From Lepidodermella squamata (lineage: Eukaryota; Animalia; Gastrotricha): a stretch of DNA of 64,000 nt. The notes below the pieces were generated by a model that saw nothing but the letters and a program-made list of their open reading frames with translations, had not been told where the DNA came from and did no database searches. Position numbers and translations under genes: made by a program. The stretch spans positions 1,116,001 to 1,180,000 of the forward strand of contig JBLDXI010000054.1 in NCBI GenBank assembly GCA_047495785.1, read 5' to 3'. Positions 24,145-33,719 of this stretch are shown here, in pieces; within the stretch, counting starts at the first letter, position 1; every line of letters starts with the position of its first letter.

Positions 24145-24726
24145 TTACGGGTCTGCAGGAGTCTGTCGCTGTGTTGGTGTGATGACGGCGAGCAATCGTG
24201 GCGGTCCGCGCTGGCTGGGTTGTCCGCTAGGCTCCGTGCCGAAGAGGTCGAAGCAGCATCGGGCTACTTCTTCCCCTCCGAACGTTTCCCTTAATTGCGC
24301 GAGGACGGTCTGGTTTTGATACCAGACTTGAAGGCAAGCGATGATTTCCGGGCCGAATTGTTTGATCACGTCTGGGCGATGCAGAGCTTCGACCATTAAA
24401 TGGAAGTTGGCCTGATCTGCTAACGCCCGCCACCAGACCCAGACTTCGTCGGGCCGTCCTTCTTCCCAGCCGGGCTCCGGATACTGCTCGGGCAGGGACC
24501 GCTCCAGACTGGATGTAAATAGCCAGTCATTACACCACAGCCGAATGGGGTCGGTTATTGTATGGTCCACCGGCTTGAAATTATACCGGCCCTGCTGGCG
24601 CTGCTTCTGGCGCCAGCGGCACCCGTCGATCGTAAAGAAAGTCAGTATCAATCGCAGCGCCCGTTGGTTTCGCTCGAGATCGCTGCTTGCGCGATTGTCG
24701 TTTTGGTTGCCAGTGTTGACGTCCAT
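24145..24726 (-). CDS. Retrotransposon accessory ORF3, 193 aa, Trp-rich, unknown function
   Basis: accATGG start context; GC-rich coding-like block between AT-rich spacers. Confidence 0.6.
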   Translation of the reverse strand: MDVNTGNQNDNRASSDLERNQRALRLILTFFTIDGCRWRQKQRQQGRYNFKPVDHTITDPIRLWCNDWLFTSSLERSLPEQYPEPGWEEGRPDEVWVWWRALADQANFHLMVEALHRPDVIKQFGPEIIACLQVWYQNQTVLAQLRETFGGEEVARCCFDLFGTEPSGQPSQRGPPRLLAVITPTQRQTPADP

Positions 24727-24801
24727 GGTTGAGGTAATTCTTTATGCCTGAGCGTTAGTTTAACAATTAGTTGTTCGAATCTAGGATGCAATGTTAATTG
24801 G

Positions 24802-25023
24802 TTAATTAGTTATGCTTGGTGACAGTGTGTCCCATGGTACGCTGGGTGACAATGGCGCCGAATATTCTTCTAATTCGCCATCATCAGGCCAGTCGTCATG
24901 ATCGAAGTTAGTCTGGTTGTCAAATAAGTCGAAGAGCGACGTGAACGAGAAGTCAAGAATTTCGGGTATACAGTTGTGGCGATATTGATGATTGGTGACA
25001 AGCGGTACCTCATGTGGCGCCAT
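24802..25023 (-). CDS. Retrotransposon accessory ORF2, 73 aa, acidic
   Basis: ATG-initiated, sense to pol; Asp/Phe-rich. Confidence 0.4.
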   Translation of the reverse strand: MAPHEVPLVTNHQYRHNCIPEILDFSFTSLFDLFDNQTNFDHDDWPDDGELEEYSAPLSPSVPWDTLSPSITN

Positions 25024-25095
25024 GAAGCTTTACTAGGTACGTTATTCAAGTTTAATTTGTAGAGCTAGGGCTCACTTGCTGCTTACGCGCTTAGG

Positions 25096-25608
25096 CTAAG
25101 GCGCGTTTCTGCAAATGCAAGCAAGTTCACCGATGAGGCGGTAGTAGACGCAATGGTCTATTTCCAAGTCGATTTCATAAATGTCGGAACATTGAACTAT
25201 CAGCTCCTTATATAGCGCTACGCCGCATTTTTCAAACGTTTCGCAGCGTTGTTCCAGAACGGTCTTTTCGCAACGGCTTGTTACTATTTTTATCGGCTCG
25301 TGCCCTGGTATGCCGGTGGTATTTTTGTCGGTTAACACCTCGGCACAGGGTGCGGCCGCGCCTGTTGCGTTGAGCGCGTCGGTATTATTATCTGCGTGTT
25401 CATTAGCGACTGCGCACGGAGCCACTTGCGTTTCATTTATTGATGTGCGCGCGGGCTCGGCAGCTATCATAGCGGCGATCGGTATTTCTTGTTTTAGCGC
25501 TTCCAACCCGCTTACAGTTTTATAAATCAGGAACGCGGTCGTCGTGACCATCGCGATGAGCGCTAGCGCCTGCAGCACGTTCTTTCCTAAAGCGATGTAG
25601 TTGCACAT
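25096..25608 (-). CDS. Retrotransposon accessory ORF1, 170 aa, putative type II membrane glycoprotein
   Basis: N-terminal hydrophobic anchor (VLQALALIAMVTTTAFLIY), four N-x-T sequons (NET, NNT, NAT, NTT), Cys-rich C-terminus. Confidence 0.6.
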   Translation of the reverse strand: MCNYIALGKNVLQALALIAMVTTTAFLIYKTVSGLEALKQEIPIAAMIAAEPARTSINETQVAPCAVANEHADNNTDALNATGAAAPCAEVLTDKNTTGIPGHEPIKIVTSRCEKTVLEQRCETFEKCGVALYKELIVQCSDIYEIDLEIDHCVYYRLIGELACICRNAP

Positions 25609-25800
25609 TGTCCAATCGTGTTGATGAATACGGTCTCTGTAATTTTATCCTTACGTAGTTTATGCGCTCCGGCCTTCGAGCTGTCAATTCCTTATTCAAT
25701 CAAAAAGAAAGGTTGCTCGTAAGCGCTCTTCCCGGGAAATTGTAAGACGTCTTGCTAGCGAGTTTTCTTTTTGTTTGAATATTTCTCCCTCCTTTTCCGG

Positions 25801-27405
25801 CTACTTGTCTGATTTCTGGTACATCGATTCGTTTATGCGCGGTTCTTTGTAACATTTTCCAAGTTTAGCCGCTCTTGCCGGTAACTCTCTGTGTATTATG
25901 TTGCTGCTTCCACTCGTTTTACACGTGATCCCTGTTTCTGCAGAGCTGGGTTCTGAGGCCGTTATGGTGTTTTGTGGTGTGATGGTGGGCCCAGATGCTA
26001 TTTCTGGCAGTGGTGGTGGCGTGATGTTGGGCAGGTTTCTGCTTGCTGCCTCACTGTATGTTATGTATTGCGTAGTCTGTATTGGCTCCATTCGCACTAT
26101 CGGTTGGTGCGCTAACAGCCTCTGTAGCTCTTCGGCGCTGACTGTGCGCGCTTGCTTTGACGTGTTATTGTTTGGTAGACTAGGCGCCGATGCCTCAGTG
26201 TTCCATTGTTCTATGTCATACTCGTCTGCGGGTAACAGTTGCAATGTGCGGCTTTTCTTTTGTAATGTGGTCTGCGTTGTGCTGCGTGAGTTGCGCTGTT
26301 GCTGTTGCGCTATCTCGAATTCGGTCATTTTATCTAGTTGAGCCGGGACATCGCCATAGTATTCTTTTAAGCGGTTGCGATGTACTACTTTTTCCTTACC
26401 GCTACCGTTAAACAGTCGTATTGCGTAGTTGAGCGCTCCGTAGCGCGCTACAACCGTGTACGGGCCGCGCCATGCGCAATGGAATTTCGCAGACTGCCCT
26501 CTTTTTACCACTGGGTTATGCAGCCACACCAGCTCGCCTTCTTGGAAGGGCTCGCAGTTTTTGCTTCCTTGATCGTATGTACGCTTTTGGCGTGCGCGCG
26601 CCTGCGCTAGTTTTTGCCGCGTTTCTTTGAATGCGGTGCGTAAGCGTGTGTAGACTTTTTGTGCGTACTCACTACGGTTTTGGATTTCATGACTGAATGC
26701 TGGCTCTTGAATGGCTACGTCTATCGGTAGCTTTGCATGCCGGCCAGTCATTAGATAGAATGGTGCGTAAGATGTTGAGTCGTGCGTGCTGGTGTTATAC
26801 GCAAATAGCGCTGATTTAAGATAGACATCCCAATCGAATTGCGTAGCAGGAGTCAGATATTTAGCTATGATATCCTGTACTGTTTTGTTCATGCGCTCGC
26901 AAAACCCATTGCTCATAGCGTGGTATGGTGTGGTGTGTACGTGTTTAGTACCCAGGATTGCGCAGATATCGTTTATTAGCTTGGCCTCGAAGTTTCGACC
27001 ATTGTCGTTTAACAAAATTTGGCTGCGCCCCCACCTAAAAACAAAGTCGAGCAGACAATCAGCCACTGATTCGGCTGTAATATTTTTAAGCGGATATCCC
27101 TCAATATATTTTGTGAAGTGGTCGCCTATTAGCAGAATGTAATTGTTGCCTTTCTTTGTTGTAGGTTGGATTGGACCCATTACGTCCCATGCTACGAGTG
27201 CCATTGGCTCCGTTGTGTCAATTGGTTGCAGGGGAGCGACCGGGTGCGCGTTTGGCGCTTTTCGTTGTTGGCAGTCATGGCATTTCCGGACGTAGTCAGC
27301 AATTGTTTCTTCCATCTTTGGCCAGTAAAATCGTTGTCGAACGCGATCCAGGGTACGATCGAGTCCCAAGTGTCCTGCATTCACATCGTTGTGCAAGCTT
27401 TTCAA
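25801..27405 (-). CDS. Integrase (HHCC, DDE core, GPY/F motif) with long low-complexity tail; out of frame with RT
   Basis: HNDVNAGH...CHDC; WDVMGP, LLNDNG, GFCERMN; WRGPYTV. Confidence 0.92.
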   Translation of the reverse strand: MKSLHNDVNAGHLGLDRTLDRVRQRFYWPKMEETIADYVRKCHDCQQRKAPNAHPVAPLQPIDTTEPMALVAWDVMGPIQPTTKKGNNYILLIGDHFTKYIEGYPLKNITAESVADCLLDFVFRWGRSQILLNDNGRNFEAKLINDICAILGTKHVHTTPYHAMSNGFCERMNKTVQDIIAKYLTPATQFDWDVYLKSALFAYNTSTHDSTSYAPFYLMTGRHAKLPIDVAIQEPAFSHEIQNRSEYAQKVYTRLRTAFKETRQKLAQARARQKRTYDQGSKNCEPFQEGELVWLHNPVVKRGQSAKFHCAWRGPYTVVARYGALNYAIRLFNGSGKEKVVHRNRLKEYYGDVPAQLDKMTEFEIAQQQQRNSRSTTQTTLQKKSRTLQLLPADEYDIEQWNTEASAPSLPNNNTSKQARTVSAEELQRLLAHQPIVRMEPIQTTQYITYSEAASRNLPNITPPPLPEIASGPTITPQNTITASEPSSAETGITCKTSGSSNIIHRELPARAAKLGKCYKEPRINESMYQKSDK

Positions 27406-29101
27406 TACTCTGTCTTGTAATGCCGCGTAATGTCGTAATGTCGCGTGGTGCTGGGTAGTCGCGGACTACTTTGACCTTCCCTTCGTCCGGTCTCACCCCT
27501 TGTGCAGTCACGATGTGGCCAAGGTATGGTACTTCTTGCTGTGCGAAATGACATTTAGACGCTTTTATTTTCAGTCCTGCGCGTCTTAGTCGATCGAATA
27601 CCCGTCGGATGCTGTCGAGATGTTCTTCGAACGTGCGGCTGAATATCAAGATGTCGTCCAGATATACCAAACATCGTTCGAAGAGTAGTCCGTTTAGGAC
27701 GTATCCCATTAGTCTTTGGAACGTCGCTGGCGCGTTACTGATTCCGAATAGGAGCACGCAAAATTCGAACAAACCAAATGGACTTGAGAATGCCGTTTTC
27801 GGTTTTGATTCCTCCGTGAGTCCGACTTGCCAGTACCCGGATGCAAGGTCGATGCCTGTGAACCAGGCTGCTCCCGACAGGGCGTCGAGTGTATCATCGA
27901 TCCGGGGCAGCGGGAATGCGTCTTTTTCCGTCATGGAATTTAATTTCCGAAAATCGATGCAAAAGCGTACGGAACCATCTTTCTTGGGCACGAGTACGAT
28001 CGGGCTGGCCCATCCGCTTGTGCTTGGTCGGACGACTCCGGCAGCTAGCATTTCGTCCAGTTCCTTTCGGATGATTTCGCGTTCTTTGAACGTCGTTCTT
28101 CGCGGTAGCTGCTTTACCGGTCTTCCCGTGGTCCGAATTTCGTGCTTTACTACATTGCATTTGCCGAGATCCCGCTTTCCTTTCGAGAAGATGTCGTTGT
28201 ACTCGATGAGCAAGGCCTTCAACTGCTCCCTCTGCTTGTCCGTTAACTGTGGTGAGCTTAAGTCGATACCTTCTGGCACAGTGGCTTGTTCTGCTTTCTT
28301 TTGCACTCCTGTTCCTACCGAGTTGATGATCGGAGCTGTCTTGTTGGGGATTTCGGACTCGGCGACCTGTTCTAGGTAAGCTATCTTTTGATCTTTGTGT
28401 AGGACCAGCGGGCATTTTGACACGTTTAGGATGGGCACTATTATTTTCCCTTCCTTTGAGCGGACCAGTGCGTGACCTATTAGGTATGCGGGCTGTTCTC
28501 CTTCTAGCTTGATAGGGTTTGTAATTCCTACCCTACCGTTCGGTATGTCCGCGTGTCCTTCCACTAGTGCTGCTGTTTCTGGGGCTATTTGTGTTGCTTT
28601 TATGAGCCTTATGGGTTCTAGGGCTTCTGGTATGACCACTTGGTTAACTTGTATGGTCTGGTTAAGTTCCTTCAGCGGTATTTTATTTCCGTCGAGGCTG
28701 ATTTCTCTTTTAGACCAGTTGACCTTGGTGGTGCATTTTTCTAGGAAATCTGCGCCCAAGAGCCCTTCTGTGCATAAATTATTTACAAACAGAAAGTTGT
28801 GCTTGTAGGAATGGGGTCCCAGTTGAAACAGAATTTCTGCTTCTCCTGCCAGGTTGAGGGGCTTGCCGTCGGGGCCTACTGCCGTTGCCTTCTTTGTCAG
28901 AGTTCCCTTGGGTAGGTACTTAGACTTTAGACAACTTTTAGCGGCTCCCGTGTCGACTAGAACGTTTATTTTATTATTGTTTACTGTAAATTCTACGGCT
29001 AGTCCCTTAACACTGTTTTTACCCACTTGAGCTATTAATGCGGGGTTTGGCTTTTGGGACGGCGTTCCCCCGTTTGCTACACCGGCCCTTCCTAGTTTCC
29101 C
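27296..29101 (-). CDS. pol: Pol: aspartic protease + reverse transcriptase, truncated before RNase H
   Basis: LVDTGA protease; SPIVLVPKKDGSVRFCIDFRKLN, YLDDILIFS, YLGH. The frame is open upstream to the GGGAAAC slippery site. Confidence 0.93.
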   Translation of the reverse strand, partial: GKLGRAGVANGGTPSQKPNPALIAQVGKNSVKGLAVEFTVNNNKINVLVDTGAAKSCLKSKYLPKGTLTKKATAVGPDGKPLNLAGEAEILFQLGPHSYKHNFLFVNNLCTEGLLGADFLEKCTTKVNWSKREISLDGNKIPLKELNQTIQVNQVVIPEALEPIRLIKATQIAPETAALVEGHADIPNGRVGITNPIKLEGEQPAYLIGHALVRSKEGKIIVPILNVSKCPLVLHKDQKIAYLEQVAESEIPNKTAPIINSVGTGVQKKAEQATVPEGIDLSSPQLTDKQREQLKALLIEYNDIFSKGKRDLGKCNVVKHEIRTTGRPVKQLPRRTTFKEREIIRKELDEMLAAGVVRPSTSGWASPIVLVPKKDGSVRFCIDFRKLNSMTEKDAFPLPRIDDTLDALSGAAWFTGIDLASGYWQVGLTEESKPKTAFSSPFGLFEFCVLLFGISNAPATFQRLMGYVLNGLLFERCLVYLDDILIFSRTFEEHLDSIRRVFDRLRRAGLKIKASKCHFAQQEVPYLGHIVTAQGVRPDEGKVKVVRDYPAPRDITTLRGITRQSIEKLAQRCECRTLGTRSYPGSRSTTILLAKDGRNNC

Positions 29102-30078
29102 CAGTCCTGCTCGGCGGGTTTATTGAGCTCGGATTCACTTTTTGTTGGGCGACGACAGTTTCGTTTGATGTGGCCCTCCTTTCCGCAGTTATAGCATTTA
29201 ACGGGTCGTCTTCTCTGGTTATTGAACCGTCCCGGTCCGTTGCTATTGCCACGGAAAGAGTTATTGTTGCGCCGAAATGGTCGATCCTCCGGCTCCCCAA
29301 CTCTTAGCTTTTCCATCTTGTCTGCTAGTTGGTCTAACTTTTCGTCCTTTTTCTTTTGCAGCTCTATTTGCTGTGTCAACAGACCGATTAACAATGGTGT
29401 CGTGGAGTCTGTGATATTGCCGATAACTGGTGAAGTGCCGATGGCGCCAAGTTTAAGCGCTCGTTCTTCTCGCTCGGCCAATTCAACGGCTTTTTCGAGC
29501 GTAGCTGGGTCGCCGCTTGCTTTGAAGACGGCGATTCGAAGGTCTGGTCGTAGACCTGCCATGAAGCGAGCAAGCAGTTTTGCGTCTTGGATGGCTTTTG
29601 TTGCCTCCGGGTCGGCTAACTTCATCAGCTTCCTGAGAGCTGCAAGGAAATCTCGGACTGTCTCGCTGGGTTGCTGAGTTTTGTTTTGAAATCGAACCTC
29701 AGCGACAGCTTTGTCGACTTCCAAATGGGCTCCTTTGGCCAGTATTTCTTTTGCCGCCTTTAAGCTGTAGACCGAATCGCGGTTTTCGGCTTCCCAAATT
29801 TCGAGCAGTTTAGCCGGCAGATATGCAGGCAAGACTTTCAAAACCATGCGAATTTTGTCCCTTGCTGCTGTTTGGGCTGTAGCTGCTGCTGTTCGTGTTG
29901 TTTCGTCTGGTATCGCTGTGGCTGATACGTCGCGAGTTGCTGCGGTGTCGTCTACTCCGCATGCTATGGCAATAGCGCTGAAATGCTGCCAGCTTTCCTC
30001 GAATTCTTCTGGTGATTCGCTCGAGATTTTCGGCAAAGCGTGAAGACATCTTTGTAATTCTAGAGTGGTGTGTGCCAT
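29092..30078 (-). CDS. gag: Gag with CCHC zinc knuckle, 328 aa
   Basis: QQPSETVRDFLAALRKL capsid-like motif; CYNCGKEGHIKRNC. Confidence 0.93.
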   Translation of the reverse strand: MAHTTLELQRCLHALPKISSESPEEFEESWQHFSAIAIACGVDDTAATRDVSATAIPDETTRTAAATAQTAARDKIRMVLKVLPAYLPAKLLEIWEAENRDSVYSLKAAKEILAKGAHLEVDKAVAEVRFQNKTQQPSETVRDFLAALRKLMKLADPEATKAIQDAKLLARFMAGLRPDLRIAVFKASGDPATLEKAVELAEREERALKLGAIGTSPVIGNITDSTTPLLIGLLTQQIELQKKKDEKLDQLADKMEKLRVGEPEDRPFRRNNNSFRGNSNGPGRFNNQRRRPVKCYNCGKEGHIKRNCRRPTKSESELNKPAEQDWGN

Positions 30079-30205
30079 CGATTACCATGTGCTGGTTACT
30101 TGTTTGTAGCGAATATTGTAGTAAAGAATCAATGCTTGTTGGGCGATAAATGTCAATTCTAGCGTGTTGCGCCGTAATTGTTTTGTGATTGGGGTGGTTT
30201 CGCTA

Positions 30206-30218
30206 ACCGCTGCCACCA
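30206..30218 (-). other. Primer-binding site, complementary to tRNA-Leu 3' end
   Basis: TGGTGGCAGCGGT 5 nt inside the 5' LTR; matches the ...ACCGCTGCCACCA end of eukaryotic tRNA-Leu (recalled, not searched). Confidence 0.75.
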
Positions 30219-30223
30219 GAATA

Positions 30224-30876
30224 TGTCACACCTATCTATTAGAACAGAGTTATATCAAACCAGTAGCTTGATCAACTCGAATAACAGATAGAGAATTAAT
30301 TCTGGTATTTGATATTTTATTGCGACACTTGTTCGGTGACACAGGGCAGAAGTCTTTGGATGACTTCGTCGACAGTTAGTAGCACACGTAACTCTAGTGT
30401 CATAAACTAATCAAAGCTCGTGAGCTGTTAGCTTTGCTAGTTCTAGTGGTCTGCTAGTTAAGCTTGTTAGTTAGTTGATACAGAATGAGAAACATGGAGT
30501 TTATATAGGCTCATGCTACTGCGTCATTGGAATATTGCCAAGATCCATCATAGTACTTTCTATAGATGATTCATATTTATCAAGTCGAAGCTATGATGAG
30601 TCATAATTATTATGACGTATCGATTGCATCATGGAGATGAGTCATCATTTCTATTGCGTATTGATTGCGCATTATCTTTGAATCGATTGCTGATCGATTT
30701 CCTATTGCGTATTTCGAGATTGCTGATGCGTAGTTACGAATTATTGTTGCGTACGGAGGTGCGTCGTAACTCATTTCTGATGTTCGAGCGTTGGTGGCTT
30801 GAAACCGGTAGCTGGTATTGAAAATATGAATAAACCTTTTGAAACGTATTGGTGTTGAGTGTTTAATCCGATGACA
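30224..30876 (-). repeat. 5' LTR (653 bp)
   Basis: Direct repeat of 21646-22298; contains minus-strand TATATAAA and AATAAA. Confidence 0.97.
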
Positions 30877-31400
30877 TTCGAGTCGGTATCCAGTCGTAGG
30901 TAGTATTCAACATCCTGCATAACAGGGTGGTGTAGTACTCGATGGTACCAGAAATCGCACATATGCCGGTAGCCTATCGTCCATGGTTTGCCAGTTTCCA
31001 ATTTGTAAATTTCGAGAAATTTCTCAGGAATCTCGAATTTCACCTCGACCAATTCGATAAGTTCCGATTCGTTGGATTGTAGCCACGTTTTTGTAAGATT
31101 TTCAAACATTTGCCGATCCACCGGCTTCTCATGAAAAATTATTATTGGATACCGGAATCTCCTGTTAAAATTAGCGAATAGCAGTCTTAACGAGTGCGAT
31201 AGCTGATCATAACGAGAGGGAGTTGCCAGGTATGCAATTACATTGCGTAGCTCGGCATTTTGTTGAGTGGTGTTGATAACGCGCGCCATCGAAGAATTCC
31301 ATTGCTTTGCGGGTACGCGAAGGGCGAAGCATACACTCGCACAAAAAAATAAAATAGAAACGCATATCTTGCAGACTAACCCTCTTTCCGGGTCGACCAT
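30877..31400 (-). pseudogene. GT15 (KRE2/MNT1-like) alpha-1,2-mannosyltransferase, 5' half
   Basis: Type II signal-anchor, then FNRRFRYPIIIFHE and GYRHMCDFW...HHPVMQDVEYYLRLDTDS. Joins the 3' half in frame (330 aa) once the element and one TSD copy are removed. Confidence 0.87.
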
Positions 31401-32649
31401 TACAAAATGATACTATCATAGAGGAATTTCGAAAATAAGACAATTCTTTTAGTTATTATTAGATTTTTGAGCATTGTTTTAAAGAGAGGACGCTAATAAA
31501 GATGTTTGCGTTACGCATGACATCAAAACTGCACCTGTTGATTCTTTTCTAATGTGTTCACATCGAGCATAGAATGCGAAAAGGATTGTTTCCGAGGAAA
31601 GCAACAACATCGCGGTCTGGTGGACCAGACCCCGACGAGGCATTACTCGTGTTCCACGACGCGCTCCGGTCGACCAGGATGCGATGGGCCTACAATCTCT
31701 CTCTTCAAACGCCTCTTCCTGAGCTCGTGACTGTCGACCGAGTCATGGTGGGTTCCAAAGCGAATGAACAATAAACGCGCGAGCACGGTATCCCGTGTCA
31801 AATCAAATCATTGATACCGAAAAATCATAAGAAATCATGACTCATCAGGATTTTCACCAAACTGGGGGCTTTGAAACTTCAAAATTAGCGCGAATTTGAA
31901 ACTAATGTTCCTCTCCAAAATAAATTTTATCGGAAATGGCTGAAAAATCCTAGTTTAGCAGCATTCGAGATTTCAAGTTTTTCGATTGAATCCCGCATCG
32001 TAAATCAAAATCAATCAAATGAAAAGGTCTTCCCGCGTAAATCAATCGTTATAAATCTGAATCACCAAAAATCAAATCTAATCAAATCCAAAGCACTGAT
32101 GAAAATGTCATGTTAATCGATTGCACCACTGATTTCGCATGAATAACAGTCAAAAATAATTCGATTTGGTATGTACCATCAGAAAAAAAATGTCAGGCAA
32201 AACTGGAAGCAGTTTCTACAATTTTATCACCGAAAGGTGTCTTTCGCCTGCAGTATAGCACACAGCAGGGCTGTTATTAAATTCACTTTGAGCAGTCGGT
32301 AGGCGTGGTGTGACGGTCTGTTTTGTTTGCTAAGTGAGAAAGTTGAAGCTATACTGTGTGCGTCCTGTCGTAGAATTAAAAATAAAAGCAAGTTCAAGCA
32401 TTGCGAAATGAGGACAAATTTTTTTTGAACTAGGCGCTGGATAAAATTGTTGTGTTCCCTATTCGAATATTTCAAAATGTAAGATCTCGAGACCAATATT
32501 GGCATTGCCTAGTTGACTCCCATCGTCATCAGCATACTCGCATCAGCAGCATTTTCTTCCATTTTGGGATTCATTTTAACCATGATGGTTTGAATAGCTT
32601 TTTTTTACTGAATTTTCTCACTTTCCTACTTCGGCGGCAACGACAGCGG

Positions 32650-32882
32650 TCATTCACACATCCGAAAGCATAACCCGGAGCCCGGAGCGCAACCTCGCGC
32701 TTGCTCCTGCTGCTGCTCAGCGTCGCGACTGGCCGGCTGTGCTCCAGCTAGTTCACTGTCAACTTCAGCATTCCCCAAAATGGCCGAAGAAACCTGCAAA
32801 TATAGTGGGATTATGTAGAAAATATACTTAGGGGCTGGTAGAAACCTACCAAAATGGCAAAAACAACAGCAAGTTTCATCAT
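32650..32882 (-). CDS. Secreted Cys-rich peptide precursor A (frameshifted in the mature region)
   Basis: Exon 1 MMKLAVVFAIL (32882-32850); exon 2 VSSAILGNAEVDSELAGAQPASRDAEQQQEQAR-GCAPG...; CCCGGAG tandem duplication at 32674-32687. Confidence 0.75.
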
Positions 32883-33027
32883 GTTGGAGATCATTGGTCC
32901 CATCGGTTAATTTGGACATAACCCTACGTCTAAAACTCGCGTTTGGGCAATTGATCTGATTTTATTCGCACTCTCAACGCATCATCAAAACCTTCATTTC
33001 TCTGCTACTAGTTTCACAAAGAATCCA

Positions 33028-33290
33028 TCACCCCGAAGTGCCCGCTACACATGTACAGACCCCGTTTTGACATTTGCTGTAATATCCATGGCTGCAATGC
33101 AGACGTGCTGTCTCCTGTGGCTGCTCAGCGCCGCGGCTACTCGGCTGCGCTCCAGCTACTTCGCTGTCGACCTCGGCGTTAACGACAATCGCCGACGAAA
33201 CCTGCAGGTAAAGTAGATTTATCTGTAAAAATTACTTAGGGGCAAGCAGGAACCTACAAAAAGCGCGAGAATAATGGCAAGTTTCATCAT
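33028..33290 (-). CDS. Secreted Cys-rich peptide precursor B
   Basis: MMKLAIILALF / VSSAIVVNA-EVDSEVAGAQPSSRGAEQPQETAR-LHCSHGYYSKCQNGVCTCVAGTSG*; phase-0 GT-AG intron 33257-33202. Confidence 0.82.
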
Positions 33291-33719
33291 GTCGAATAAA
33301 AATACAGATGTCACACGGAATTTAGGAATTTGAAGAAATTGAGAGAATAAAAACTCCACGAATGAAACTGACTTCATCACGAAGAGAACTTTCTCCCGCT
33401 GAACAAATAATATTGCGAATTTGTCATTTTGCGCTGGCTCAAGCAAGATGATAAAGGATGAAGAAAATTTCATGTTACTACAAAGAATGTTAGCCAGGCT
33501 ATTTAAAGAATGTACCTATTGAATGTACTTAAAACATTCAGCATGTAGCAGCTATTTATAGCATTTGCATCATGCAGCTAATTATGAATAATAACATTTG
33601 TTCAGCGGGAGAAAGTTCTCTTCGTGATGAGCTTCTAAGCCAGTTTCATTCGTCAAGTTTTTATTCTCTCAATTTCTTCAAATTCTTAAATTCCGTGTGA
33701 CATCTGTATTTTATTCGAC

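Larger units (their letters stand above)
21646..30876 (-). mobile_element. Ty3/Gypsy LTR retrotransposon, 9231 bp, internally deleted, with accessory ORFs
   Basis: TG...CA termini; 653-bp direct LTRs; 4-bp TSD TTCG (21642-21645, 30877-30880); gag-PR-RT-INT order. Confidence 0.97.

Noticed and set aside
25898-29677. Plus-strand ORFs of up to 256 aa over gag/pol
   Set aside because: Antisense shadows of the retrotransposon coding sequence with no motifs.
31574-31774. GC-rich 66-aa ORF upstream of the GT15 gene
   Set aside because: No motif, paralog or splice evidence.
31787-32131. AAATC-rich stretch ending in a hAT-like terminus (…gcaccactg)
   Set aside because: No matching second TIR or TSD found.
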